Assembly: GCF_963921235.1 (NCBI RefSeq)
Contig: NC_086108.1
Coordinates: 20,150,001 to 20,214,000, forward strand
Origin: Mobula hypostoma
Lineage: Eukaryota
Length of the DNA stretch: 64,000 nucleotides
Direction of reading: 5' to 3'
Positions within the stretch are counted from its first letter, which is position 1, and each line of letters opens with the position of its first letter. This document shows, piece after piece, positions 10,831 to 24,781 of the stretch. The notes beneath the pieces are model-generated. The model searched no databases. It worked only from the letters and a program-made list of their open reading frames with translations, and was not told where the DNA came from. The position numbers and the translations under genes are program-made.

Positions 10831-13331
10831 CCCCCCTGCCATGTTAGCTTAAACCACTCCCAGCAGCTCGAGTAAACCTGCCCACAAGGATATTGGTCCC
10901 CCTTGGATTCAAGTGCAACCCGTCCTTTTTGTACAGATTATACCTGCCACAGAAGATGTCCCAATTATCCAGCAATCTGAATCCCTGCCCCCGCTCCAAT
11001 TCCTTAGCCATGCATTTATCCGCCAACTCATTCTATTCCTATCCTCACTGTCGTATGGCACAAGGCAGCAATCCTGAGATTACTATCCTTGAAGTCCTGT
11101 TTCTCAGCTTCCTTCCTAACTGTTTTCAGAACCACCTCCCTTTTTCTACTTATGTCATTGGTACCAATGTGTACCATGACTTCTGCCTGCTCACCCTCCC
11201 TTTTCAGGATATTGTGGACACACTCAGAAACATTGTAGACCCTGGCAACTGGGAGACAAACTACCATCTGTGTTTCCTTCTTGTGTTCAGAATCACTTAT
11301 CTGACCCCCTGACTGTGGAGTCCCTTATTTCGGCTGCCATCCTCTTGAGTTCCCTACCCTTCTGAGCCACAGGGAGGCCGTGCCCCCAACAGTACTCAAA
11401 ATGAAGTTCTAATTGTTGAGGGGGGATGGCCACAGGGGTGTTCTCCACTATCTGACATTCTTCCTTCCCTATCCTGACAGTCACCCTTGAGGTGACTACC
11501 TCCCTGTAGCTCCTGTCTATCTCCTCCTTAATCTCCCTAACAAGCCGAAGGTCATCGAGCTGCAGCTCAAGTCCCCCAACACAGTGTATAAGAAGCTGCA
11601 TCTCAATGCACCTGGTGTAGATGTGGCCATCGAGGAGTCTTCTGGAAATGTCACATCTGACACTCAGAACAGAATACCAGCTCTGCAGACATACCCCTAT
11701 TCTCTCAAGAGTTACTTCAGGAAAAAGAATTAAGAAATAAGGAATGAACTTACCTACTTACCTTGCCTCCACCTGTTCTTGCTGAAGCCTTGTTGAGCCA
11801 AAGCCTTACTACTCTGACATGGACTACTCCGATGAGAACCACTCCCACAATGACCGCTCCACTAGGTGGTACCTCTCTTTATAGAGACTGGGTTTTTAAA
11901 GCTCTTCACCGGACCTGTACGGGAACACTTTTGTTGCATCTGTGCAGTACTCCATTCGAAAGATTTGCTATGAAACTATGACCCTTCCAACCAAATGGAA
12001 CATTTAGCCCACCAGTCCCCATTAGAAGTTTCTACATTTCAATAAGATCACCTTCTGGGAAAAAAGCTTCTGACTATCCACACGATCAATGCCTCTCATC
12101 ATCTTATACAATTCTATCAGGTTAAATCTCTTCCTCCGGCACTCCTAGGATAACAGGCTGAGTTCACTCAAGCTGTTCTCATAAGGCATGCTCCCCAATC
12201 CAGGCAACATCCTTGTAAGTCTTCTCTGCACCCTTTCTATAGTTTTCACATCCTTCCTGTAGTGAGGTGACCAGAACTGAGCACAGTACTCCAAGTGGGG
12301 TCTGACCAGGGTCCTATATAGCTGTAACATTACCTCTCAGCTCTTAACCTCAGTCCTACAGTTGATAAAGGCCAATGCACCATATGTCTTCTTTACTACA
12401 GAGTCAATCTGCACAGCAGCTTTGAGTGTCCTATAGACTCGGACCCCAAGATCCTTTTGATTCTCCACACTGCCAAGTGTCTTACCATTAATACTATAAT
12501 CTGCCATCATATTTGACCTACCAAAATGAACCACCTCACACATTACCTGGGTTGAACTCCATCTGCCAGTTTTCAGCCCAGTTTTGCATACTATCGATGT
12601 CCCACTGTAACCACACTATCCACAACACCACAACCTTTGTGTCATCAGCAAATTTCCTAACCCATTCCTCCACTTCCTCATCCAGGTCATTTATAAAATT
12701 CACGATGAGAAGGGGGTCCCAGAACAGATCCCTGAGGCACACCACTGGTCACCAACCTCCATGCAGAATATAACCCGTCTACAACCACTCTTTGCCTTCT
12801 GTGGGCAAGCCAGTTCTGGATCCACAAAGCAAGGTCCCCTTGGATCCCATCCCTCCTTACTTTATCAATAAGCCTTGCATGGGGTACCTTGTCAAATGCC
12901 TTGTTGAAATCCATTCACACTACATTTACTACTCTACCTTCATCAATGTGCTTAGTCACATCCTCAAAAAATTCAATCAGGCTCGTAAGGCACGACCTGC
13001 CTTTGACAAAGCCACACTGCCTCTCCAAATGTTCATAAATCCTGCCTCTCAGGATCTTCTCCATCAACATACCAATCACTGAAGTAAGACTCACTGGTCT
13101 ATAATTTCCTGGGCTATCTCTACTCCCTTTCTTGAATAAGGGAACAACATCTACAATGTTCCAATCCTCCTGAACCTCTCCCATTGATGATGCAAAAATC
13201 ATTGCCAGAGACTCACCAATCTCTGCCCTCACCTCCCACAGTAGGTTGGGGTACATCTCATCCGGTCCCAGTGACTAATCCAACTTGATGCTTTCCAAAA
13301 GCTCCAGCACATCCTCTTCCTTAATGTCTAT

Positions 13332-16300
13332 TAATGGAGGGGACGAACTGGAAATATAAGAATGGAGTTAAAGGGAAAGAGAGAATAAGAAAAGTTAAGA
13401 AAGACAACAGAATAAAAGGGCAGAAAGCTCAGGAAGGGATCGGAGAATATGGCCAAGTGCAATAGGAATCGATGTGAAAGGCGAGGGGAGTAAAAGTATT
13501 ACTTTAAAAGGATTAAAAGTATTATACATGAATGCACGGAAATAAAGTGGATGAACTTGAGGCTCAGTTGGAAATTGGCAAGTAGGATGTTGTGGGAATA
13601 ACAGAGACATGGCTACAAGAGGACCAGGGCTGGGAAATGAATATTCAGGGATATACATCCTATCGAAAGGACAGACAGGTTGGCAAAGGGGGTAGGGTGG
13701 CTGTATTGGTGAGGAATGAAATTCAGTCACTTGCGAAGGGAGACATAGAATCAGGAGGTGTAGTCAGTATGGATAGAACTGAGAAACTGTAAGGGCAGAA
13801 AGACCCTGATGGGAGTTATCTACAGGCCCCCAAACAGTAGCCTGGATATAGGGTGCAAGTTAAATCAAGAGTTAAAATTGGCATGTCGCAAAGGTAATTC
13901 TATGGTTGTTATGGGGGATTTCATTTTCATTTTAAAATCTTTTTTATTAATTATTATTGAAAATCAACAACAAAGAAAAATACATCAAAATAATCAAGAC
14001 AACATATGTAGAATAAAAATTAAACTATCAACCAAGTTAAACAGTATATCAATAATAATAATAAAAAAACAAAATGTTAAAGCTATTTCTTTGGAAAAAA
14101 GAAAGAAGGAAAAAAAGAACCCCCACTAACTAAAACAAAAAAAAAACCCTAATAACAAAAAAAGTAAAGAAAACCCATTTGGAGCACAAACCCGGAGCTA
14201 TACGCCATACAAGCTTCCATAATAAAAAAAACATCAATCTGCCAACCAAATCCATTTACCCAAGAATCAGAAGAGGACCATCTTAATTAACTCAAATCAA
14301 ATGATAGTAGCGGGCAAAAGAACCTCACCTTTTCTCAAAGTCAAATCGAGGATCAATAGTTCGACTTCTAATTTTTTCCAAACTAAGACATAACATCACC
14401 TGAGAGAACCATTGTATCAAAGTGGGAGCAGAAGCATCTTTCCATTTTAATAAAATAGCCCTTCTAGCCAATAATGTGACAAATGCAATTACGTGTTGGT
14501 TTGATATAGAATTACCGTGAACATATTGAGGAATTATACCAAACAAAAATGTCAATTTATTAGGTTGTAAATTGATTTTTAAAGCTTTAGAAATTGTAGA
14601 AAAAATAGATTTCCAAAACTGTTTCAATACAGAACACGACCAAAACATATGTGTCAAGGTAGCTATCTCAGTTTTACATCTATCACACTGACTATTAACA
14701 TTCGGAAATATTTTAGACAATCTCTCCTTTGTCAAGTAATAACGATGTACAATTTTATATTGAATTAGAGAACGACTGGCACAAATCGAAGAAGAGTTGA
14801 CCAACTTCAAAAATCGCAACCAATCCTCTGTTATCAAGGTCATGTTAAGCTCTCTTTCCCAATCTTGCTTAATCTTAAGTAAAGGATAGTTATCCTGTTG
14901 TAATAGTAGATTATAAATTTTCCCAATGAAACCTTTCACTAAGGGTTCATTTTTAAAATAATGTCTAACAGGTCAGAATCTTGTATATATGGAAAATTAC
15001 TTAAATATTCTTGTAAGAAATGTCTGACCTGAAGATATTGCAAAAAATTTGAATATGAGAGAGAATATTTAGTTACTAACTTCTCAAAGGACATCAATCG
15101 GCCTTCTTGAAACAAATCCGTAAAGGAAAAAAATTCCTTTATTCCTCCAAAGAGAAGAGGTAGGATCACTAAGTGAAGGTTTAAATAAATAATTTCGATA
15201 AATTAAACTAAAAAGGTTAAATTTTTTAAGATTAAAAAACTTATGAAACTGGTACCAGATTCGCAATGACTGCTTGATCATAGGATTTATATTTAGAATA
15301 GAAATTTTGGCTAGTTGTACAGGTAAAGGACCTCCTAATAACAAAGTTAAATAAAATGAACAATCCATGGTGGTCGTTCATTTTTATCGGTCCAATATAA
15401 CCAAGAACACGCATAACGTATATTAACCGCCCAATAATACATTCTTAAATTAGGCAAAGTAAGACCTCCATCCTTTTAAAATTTTTATAAATGACATTTT
15501 CCAATTCTTGGTCTTTTATTATTCCAAACAAAAGATGAAATAATAGAGTCAACCTGATCAAAAAACTTCTTAGTTAGAAAAATAGGAATATTTTGAAATA
15601 CATATAAAAATTTTGGTAAAATCATCATTTTAACTGCATGAATTTGACCGGCTAATGAAAGTGTAAGTGGATTCCATCTAGAAAATAATTGCTTCATAAA
15701 ATCCACTAAGGGAACTGAATTAGCTCTATAAAGGTCTCCATAATTTTTAGTGATGATAATACCTAAATATTTAGAAGAATCCGTAACTTTAAAAGGAATG
15801 TCATCGTATATAGAAGCAGAATTATTTAAAGGAAATAATTCATTTTTATGCAGGTTTAATTTATATCCTGAAAACAATCCAAATTCATTTAATAATTTCA
15901 ATAAACTAGGAATAGATTCTTCAGATTTCAAAACATTAACAAAGAGATCATCTGCATAAAGGGAAATCTTATGAATAGTCCCATTTATAGAAATTCCTCG
16001 AATATCTCTAGCTTCACGAAGTGCAATAGGTTCCAACATCAAATTAAATAACAAAGGGCTTAACGGATATCCTTGTCTCGTACCCCGCGAAAGTCGAAAA
16101 AAGGGGGATCTGCAGTTATTAGTAGTAACAGTAGCAATAGGGCTTTTATATATCAATCTAATTCATTTATTAAAATTAGTACCAAAGCTAAATTTCTCTA
16201 AAACGTTAAATAGATATTTTCATTCAACTCTTATCAAATGCCTTTTCAGCATCTAGAGAAACAACACATTGGGGAGTCTTCGAGAGGGATGAGTATATAA

Positions 16301-19300
16301 CATTTAACAGTCTCCGAGTGTTAGAAAAGGAATAACAGCCTTTTATAAAACCTGTTTGATCCTGAGAAATAATTTTAGCTAGTATATTCTCCAACTGATT
16401 AGCCATTATTTTTGAAAGAATTTTAGCATCCACATTTAATAATGAAATAGGCCTATATGAAGCACAATCAGTAGGGTCTTTATCTATCTTAAGAATTAAA
16501 GAAATAGAAGCTTCATAAAATGTGGAAGGTAACTCTTCTAACAGAAAAGAATCTTTAAGCATTTCCAACATATAAAGAGTAAGCAAATCTTCAAATATTT
16601 TATAAAATCCTACAGTAAAACCATCCAGACCAGGAGCTTTACCAGATTGTATTGAAAGAATAGCTTTCTGAATTTCTCTTTCAGTAAAAGGAGCTTCAAG
16701 AATTTGCTGATCTTCAACAGATATTCCAGGAAAATCAATCTTTTGTAAAAAGGCATACATATTAGAAGGGTCAGCTGGAAACTAAGATTTATAGAGCTCA
16801 CTGTAATAGTCTTGAAGAATTTTATTAATATCTTCATAATTACAAGTTAAACTACCATCTCCCTTATGAATTTTAAAAATTTGTCTTTTAGCTCTAACTG
16901 CCTTAAGTTGAGATGCTAATAGCTTGTTACTTTTATCTCCAAACACATAAAATTGACTTTTTAATTTAAGCAAATTTCTTTCAATAGGGTAAGTTAATAG
17001 TAAATTATATTGTGATTGACGTTCAACCCTTTGTTTAAATAAATCAACATTAGGAGAAACTGCATAAGTGTTATCTAGGTCTTTAATTTGTTTTGAAATT
17101 CTATCCAACTCTATTTTTGTCTGTTTCTTGAGCTTAGCCAAATAGGAGATTATCTGATCTCGCAAATAAGCTTTAAGTATATCCCATATAATCAATTTCA
17201 AGACATCTTCCGTATTATTAAAAAGAAAGAAATCTTTTATCTGGATCTCTATAAATTTGACAACGTCCGAACTTTGTAATAAATTTTCTGGAAAACGCCA
17301 AGGCAAGTTTGCATTACTAACATCATTTAACTCAAAAGTTAGGCTTAAAGGTGCACGATCTGAAACAGCAATAGCATCATATTCACATTTCTGGACTTTG
17401 GACAAAAATCAGAAATCAGCTATAAAATAATCAATTCTTGAATATTTTTTATGGACATATGAATAAAAAGAATAATCTCTATCATTAGGATGTAAATTTC
17501 TCCAGATTTCTATCAAACCATAATCAATTAAAAAGGAATTAATGTGTTGCTGAACAACTCGGAAGCTGCTGATTGGTTGAACTATTGGCTGATTGTCAAT
17601 CAAAGGGTTTAAACAACAGTTGAAGTCACCTCCCATCAGCAGCATATATTCATTTAAGTCTGGTAATAAACCAAATACATTTTTTTAAAAAGGATAATTT
17701 ACATTAGGTCTGTATAGATTAACCAGGACAATTTTTCTATTACAAATTGTTCCTTTAATAATTAAAAATCTACCATTATTATCTGAGATGATGTCTTCTT
17801 GAATAAATAAAATATTAGATTTAATAAAAATAGATACTCCCTTTATTTTATTTAGACAAGTAGCATGATATTGAAGGCCCTTCCACATTTTGAAAAATCT
17901 ATTTTGATCACCCGTTCTGATATGCGTTTCTTGAACAAAAATTATGTGGGGCTGGAATGGATTAATAATTTTAAAAGTCTTCCTTCGCTTAATAGGGTGG
18001 TTCCAGCGAAGTACGTTCCAACTAATAATGCCAATCTGTTTAAGTACCATTGAATATTGTTTTTAAACACGAAAATACACGCGTACCATCACGGGCTAAT
18101 CAAAGATGGCGGTGATGAGTATAACCAAATAGAAAACACGCATGCTCTGGAGCTCCATAATGGGGAAAAATACAGGAAACGTGTGAAAAAAATTGAAAAA
18201 TAAAATCCCACGATAAACCCCAAAATGCAAAAATACTCCCAAACCTCCCACCATTCCCAAAGATAGGAATCTGGCAAAGGAGAAAAAAAGCTGGAACACA
18301 TCCTCAAGAAGAAAAGCAAAAAAGACTGAACTCCGCATGCCACTCAATTTAAATAGTGATTTAAAAGTTTTTACTCTCAATTCCCCCCTCCCCTTACAAA
18401 GAAAATACATAACGTTAAGATAAGAAAGCCCAACAGAGAAGAAAAAAATGTTTATACTTAATCATTTAAAATAAACTAGGGAATGCAAAAACAGTCTCCA
18501 AAAGCATCAAAGCAATGCTATTAAGCCTAAACAATATAATCTCTAATAAGAGAAAAACAGTGCCATTATTCTTTAGCTTACTACCTTATTTAACAAAAGA
18601 ACTGAAGCTAATTATCTATTACTAAATACTCCATAATATAGGAAAAAGTCTATATAAACTATAAGCAAACTATCACTTAATTAATAAAGAAAAAGGAAGA
18701 TAGAAACAGATAACCAAACCAGTTAACAATCTGTCCACTGTATTAATTCACTCTGTATACTAAACAGACTTCAAAAAAAAATCACTCTTTAGTCAAGCAA
18801 AGAAGTTCACCTCTTCTTTAAATAATCCATCAATCAAAGGATACCTTCAGCATACAGAAATCTTCAAAGTCTGTTTTCTTTCAGAAAATTACTCAGCAAC
18901 TCTAATATCCTTCATACATCAGCCGATTCCACAATAGAATAAAATTGACTACAATTGGCCGAGCTTTATCTGACGAAGTGAAAATTTTGTGAGCTCTTTC
19001 AATATCAGGAGGCTGAGATAGAATATCTGGAAAAAGAGATTGAAACAAATTGGCAAAATAGTCCAATACATTCCCACTCTCAGAGCCTTCCTTGAGACCA
19101 ACAATTCAAATATTATTTCGATGAGACTTCGCCTCTAAATCGACAATTTTGCGTTGAGCCTGTTCCAAGCGGGTTGAAATATCCACAATCTGACATTTCG
19201 ATTCTTTAAACTCGGTATTCAAGGTAACAATATTTTCCTCAATAGTCTGTAAACTCTGTTGGAACGACTTCAACTCAGAAGTGTTATTGTCTATTTTGTT

Positions 19301-20947
19301 GTCGAGACCCATCAACGCACGTTCCAAATGCTCAGGCCAGACAGGCATATCTTCTGATTTTTCTTTTGAAGTTTTCCCCTTTCCATTGCTGGGTTCAAAA
19401 AGCTGCTTTCCACTTCTTAAAGGGTACAACATAATGACAACTATTTCCCTCCAAGATCCAAAAAATAAAAGTTAAACAATTTGAAGTTTAGACTGAGGAA
19501 AAGGAGGAATTAAAGGCAGCCACAAAATTTATGTACTACTCCATTAAGCTGTAGGCGGAAGTCCCTCCTGGGGGATTTCAACATGCAGGTAGACTAGGAA
19601 AATCAGGTTGGTACGGGACCCTAAGAAAGGGAGTTTGTTGGATGCCTTTTAGAGCAGCTTGTATTAGAGCCTACTAGGGAGAAGGCAATTCTGGATTTAG
19701 TGTTGCATAATGAGCCAGATTTGATAAGGGAACTCGAGGTAAAGGAGCCATTAGGAGGTAGTGACCATAATATGGTAAGTTTTAATCTACAATTTGAGAG
19801 GGAGAAGGAAAGATCGGAAGTGTCAGTATTACAGTTGAACAAGGGGGACTATGGACCCATGAGGGAGGAGCTGGCCAAAGTTGACTGGAAAGGTACCTGA
19901 GTAGCGATGACCAACAACAATGGCCGGTATTTCTGGGAATAATACAGAGGGTGCAGGATCAGTTCATTCCAAAGAGGAAGAAAGATTCTAAGGGGAGTAA
20001 GGGGCGACCGTGGATGACAAAGGAAGTCAAGGACAGTATAAAAATGAAAGAGAGGAAGTATAACATAGCAAGGATGAGTGGGAAGCCAGAGGATTGGGAG
20101 ACTTTTAAGGAGCAACAGAAGATAACTAAAAAGGCAATAGGGAGGGAAAAGATGAGGTACGAAGGTAAGCTAGCCAAGAATATAAAGGAGGATAGAAAAA
20201 GCTTCTTTAGGTATGTGAAGAGGAAAAAATTAGTTAAGGCCAAAGTTGGGCCTTTGGAGACAGAAACGGGTGAAATTATTATGGGGAACAAGGAAATGGC
20301 GGACGAGCTGAACAGGTACTTTGGATCTGTCTTCACTAGGGAAGACACAAACAATCTCCCAGATGTAAGAGTGGCCAGAGGACCTAGGGTAACGGAGGAA
20401 CTGAAGGAAATTCGCATCAGGCAGAAAATGGTGTTGGGTAAACTGATGGGACTGAAGGTTGATAAATCCCCAGGGCCTGATGGTCTGCATCCAAGGGTAC
20501 TTAAGGAGGTGGCTCTAGAAATCGTGGATGCATTGGTAATCATTTTCCAATGTTCTATAGATTCAGGATCAGTTCCTGCGGATTGGAGGGTAGCTAATGT
20601 TATCCCACTTTTTAAGAAAGGAGGGAGAGAGAAAACAGGCAATTATAGACCAGTTAGGCTGACATCAGCAGTGGGGAAGATGCTGGAATCAATTATAAAA
20701 GATGAAATAGCGGCATATTTGGTTCTGTAGAATTTTTCGCTCTGCCTCAGAAAGCAGTGGAGGCAAAGGCCAATTCTCTAGATTCTTTCAAGAAAGAGTT
20801 AGATAGAGCTCTTAAAGATAGCGGAGTGAAGGGATATGGGGAGAAGAAAGGAAAAGGGTACTGATTGTGGATGATCAGCCATGATCACAGTGAATGGTGG
20901 TGCTGGCTCGAAGGGCTGAATGGCCTACTCCTGCACCTATTGTCTAT
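13332..20947 (+). mobile_element. CR1 LINE subfamily F (13332-13923 + 19581-20947), internally deleted near 20722, split by an L1
   Basis: GITETWL and MGDF|N endonuclease motifs continue across the L1; ORF 19951-20730; CR1 3' end with TTGTCTA tail. Confidence 0.88.
13924..19568 (-). mobile_element. L1-clade LINE, near full length, degraded (ORF1 from 19432, partly deleted; ORF2 18050-14325); 12-bp TSD TGGGGGATTTCA
   Basis: ORF1 coiled coil DLEAKSHRNNI; ORF2 SWNV, QETH, GGDFN, YRPISLLNVD, SLDAEKAFD, LYADD, CDRC..HMFWSC; TSD at 13912-13923 and 19569-19580. Confidence 0.93.
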
Positions 20948-21653
20948 TGTCTATATGTTCAATCTTTTCAATCCACTGTAAGTCATCCCTACAATCACCA
21001 AGATCTTCTTCCGTGGTGAATACTGAAGCAAAGTATTCATTAAGTATCTCTGCTATCTTCTTTGGTTCCATACACACTTTTCCACTGTCAAACTTGATTG
21101 GTCCTATTCTCTCACGTTTTCCCTCTTGCTCTTCAGACACTTGTTGAATGCCTTGGGGTTTTCCTTAATCCTGTTCACCAAGGCCTTCTCATGGTCCCTT
21201 CTGTCTCTCCTAATTTCATTCTTAAACTCCTTCCTGCTAGTCTTATAATCTTCTAGATCCCTAGTTTTTTTTAAACCTTTCGTAAGCTTTTCTTTTCCTC
21301 TTGAGTAGACTTTCAACAGCCTTTGTACACCACAGTTCCTGTACCCTATCATTCTATCCTTGTCTCATTGGAATGTACCTGTGCAGAATGCCATGTAAAT
21401 ATCCCCTGAACATTCGCCACATTTCTGCTGCACATTTCTCTGAGAACATCCATTCCCAATTTATGCTTCCAAGTTCCTGCCTGATAGCCTCATATTTCCC
21501 CTTACTCCAATTAAACGCTTTCCTAACTTGTCTGTTCCTATCCCTCTCCAATGCCATGGTAAAGGAGATAGAATTGTGATCACTATCTCCAAAATGCTCT
21601 CCCACTGAGAGATCTGACACCTGACCAGGTTCATTTCCCAATACCAAATCAAG

Positions 21654-21740
21654 CAACACATAAAAGTTGCTGGTGAATGCAGCAGGCCAGGCAGCATCTC
21701 TAGGACAGTCGACGTTTCGGGCCGAGACCCTTCGGCAGGA
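21654..21740 (-). mobile_element. 87-bp Penelope-derived mini-element carrying a minimal hammerhead motif; 9-bp TSD CAAATCAAG
   Basis: TSD at 21645-21653 and 21741-21749. Homologous to 62405-62503 and to 27374-27450 + 39400-39450. Confidence 0.8.
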
Positions 21741-21741
21741 C
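21706..21741 (-). ncRNA. Minimal type I hammerhead ribozyme motif (core variant CUGCCGA)
   Basis: Minus strand GTC-CTGCCGA-AGGG-TCTCGG-CCC-GAAA-CG-TC-GACTG gives stem I, core, stem II, GAAA, a rudimentary stem III and the UC cleavage site. Confidence 0.7.
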
Positions 21742-22159
21742 AAATCAAGTACAGTTTCTCCTTTTGTAAGCTTATCTACATATTGTGTCAAGAGACCTTC
21801 CTGAACACACATAACGAACTCCACCCCATCTAAACCCCTTGCTCTAGGGAGATCACAATCAATATTTGGGAAATTAAAATCTCCCACCACAACAACCCTG
21901 TTATTATTACACCTTCCCAGAATCTGCCTCCCTACTGCTCCTCTATGTCCCTTTTACTGTACTATTGGGTGGTTTATAAAAGCACACAGTAGAATTATTG
22001 ACCCCTCCCTGTTTCTAACTGCCACCCACAGAGCCTCAGTAGACAATCCCTCCACACTCCCACCTCTTTTGCCTCCCTCCTTGTCCTTTCTGAAACATTT
22101 ATAGCCTGGCACTCTAAGTAACCATTTCTGCCCTGAACCATCCAAGTCTCTGTAATGGC

Positions 22160-23630
22160 CATAGAACCATAGAACATTACAGCACAGAAAGAGGCCTTTT
22201 GGCCCTTCTTGTCTGTGCCGAACCATTTTTCTGCCTAGTCCCACTGACCTGCACCTGGACCATATCTCTCATCCATGTAGCTGTCCAAGTTTTTCTTAAA
22301 TGTTAAAAGTGAGCCCGCATTTACCGCTTCATCTGGCAGCTTATTCCATACTCCCACCACTTTCTGTGTGAAGAAGCCCTCCCCATCTTCCCTTTAAACT
22401 TTTCCCCCTTCACCCTTAACCCATGTCCTCTGTTTTTTTTTCTCCCCTAGCCTCAGTAAAAAAGGCCTACTTGCATTCACTCTATCTACACCCATCATAA
22501 TTTTATATACCTCTATCAAATCTCCCCTCATTCTTCTACACTCCAGGGAATAAAGTCCTAACCTATTCAACCTTTCTCTGTAACTCAGTTTCTCAAGTCC
22601 CGGCAACATCCTTGCAAACCTTCTCTGCACTCTTCCAACCTTATTAATATCCTTCCTGTAATTTGGTGACCAAAACTGCACACAATACTCCAAACGGCCT
22701 CACCATGCCTTATACAACCTCAGCATAACATTCCAAGTCTTATACTCAATACTTTGATTTATAAAGGCCAATGTACCAAAAGCTTTCTTTACGACCCTAT
22801 CTACCTGTGACTCCACTTTTAGGGAATTTTGTATCTGTATTCCCAGATCCCTCTGTTCTACTGCACTCCTCAGTGCCCTAACATTTACCTTGTATGTTCT
22901 ACCTTGGTTTGTCCTTCCAAAGTGCAATACCTCACACTTGTCTGTATTAAACACCATCTGCCATTTTTCCTGCTGGTCCAAATCCCTCTGCAAGCTTTGA
23001 AAACCTTCCTCACTGTCTACTACACCTCCCATCTTTAGCATCATCAGCAAATTTGCTGATCCAATTTACCACATTATCATCCAGATCATTGATATAGATG
23101 ACAAATAACAATGGACCCAGCACTGATCCCTGTGGCACTCCACTAGTCACAGTCTCAGAGAAGCAATCCTCCACTACTACTCTCTGGCTTCTTCCATTGA
23201 GCCAATGTCTAATCCAATTTACTACCTCTCCACGTATACCTAGCGACTGAATCTTCCTAACTATCCTCCCAGGCAGGACCTTGTCAAAGGCCTTACTGAA
23301 GTCCAACATCCACTGCTTTCCCTTCATCCACTTTCTTGGTAACCTCCTCGAAAAACTCTAATAGATTGGTTAAACATGACCTACCAAAGCCATGTTGACT
23401 CTCCCTAATAAGTCCCTGTCTATCCGAATACTTGTGGATCCTATCTGTTAGTACTCCTTCCAATAATTTACCTACTACCAACGTCAAATTTACCAGCCTA
23501 TAATTTCCCGGATTACTTTTAGAGCCTTTTTTAAATAATGGAACAATATGAGCTATCCTCCAATCCTCCGGCACCTCACCCGTAGATACTGATATTTTAA
23601 ATATATCTATCAGGGCCCCTGCAATTTCAA
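22160..23630 (-). mobile_element. CR1 LINE subfamily A, 5'-truncated, degraded
   Basis: Reverse-complement homolog of ~5345-6855; tail CATAGAAC repeats on the plus strand. Confidence 0.9.
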
Positions 23631-24781
23631 TCTCCAAGTTTTCTCTATTTGTGAGCCAACAGCTCCTTCCTCCGTCTCTTCAGTTTGGTTCCCACCCCCC
23701 AACAATTCTATGTCCACCGTTTCTCTGTATTAGGACCAATTTACAGGAACCAACTAATTTAACAGCATGATATGGGAGGAAACAATGGATTTGGGGGCAG
23801 GGGGCATGGAGAACAACAAACAAACACCTAAAGTTAGGATGAAACTCGAATCACTGGAAATGTGAGACAAGCTCTTAAACACTGTGTTGTCTGATAAAAT
23901 TCGAAACCAGTCTGTGTAATCTGTCTTTGTACAACAAATCTGGTGAATCCTCAACGCACCCACTTCTTTGATATGAAGACTAGATTTGTCAACAATATTC
24001 CTCATGCAATCTCGCCATGTCTTCTATATAACAAGAACAAAACATCTCTTATGCTTTGATCTTCTTCATTAATTGCTCATGCACCATTTGCCTAACTAGA
24101 TATTCTAGTAGCTTTCAATGATTCCATGAGGATACCAATTCCCTCGGAACACTCACCTTTCAACCTCTCACTACTAAGAATAATTGTGTTAAGGGCAGGG
24201 AAGAATTAAGGTTTTTCAATATGTGTGCAGTATTTATTGGCAGGATATCTTTCTTCCAATGAAGGCGACATTACTGAATCTAGTTCTGGGTAGGTCAGGC
24301 ACATCAAGCTTTAGCAGGGGAATATTTAGGAGGTGGTAAACATAATATCATAAGATTTAAATTAGTTACAGGAAAAGGGAAGGAAGAATCCAAAATAAAA
24401 ATAATTTCGGTGGCTTGGAAGAGGACCTGATTGGTCAACTGGAAAAAAACCAAAACTTAAAAAACAAAGGCCATCTTTAAGGAAGAAACTGTTCAGTTGA
24501 GATACAGTTGAAGCATATTACCTTAAGGCAAAGAAAGAAATAAACAAATAAAGAGCCCTCTGGATGGCAAAAGTGGTACAAAGGAAGATAAAGCAACAAA
24601 CATTAGGTAGTAAATATCAATGAGAGCTAGACCAATTACAAAGAATCAGAAGGGAACATAAATGGAAAGCCAGTAGTGTTCCTTGGCATCTAAATGGTGA
24701 AGGGGCAGAACATAGAGGAATGATGCTAATTAAGGACAAAAAAAACACGTGAAAACACTTTAAGATGGCACTGTGTTATCA

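Larger units (their letters stand above)
3531..11950 (-). mobile_element. Older CR1 LINE scaffold (subfamily E; pieces 3531-3674, 3857-4400, 6905-8032, 10831-~11950) including degraded ORF1 (zinc finger/coiled coil + esterase) and ORF2
   Basis: Collinear ORF2 motifs (LYLNACSI, SSDHN, KSPGPDG, EKVQRRFTR) and ORF1 motifs (HIGTND, DGLHLN) interrupted by younger insertions. Assignment of all pieces to one copy is inferred. Confidence 0.7.
12052..23710 (-). mobile_element. CR1 LINE subfamily D copy 1 (pieces 12052-13331, 20955-21653, 21741-22160, 23631-23710), host of nested insertions
   Basis: Pieces are collinear with the D copy at 27451-30310. TGTCTAT duplicated at 13325-13331 and 20948-20954. 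Confidence 0.85.
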
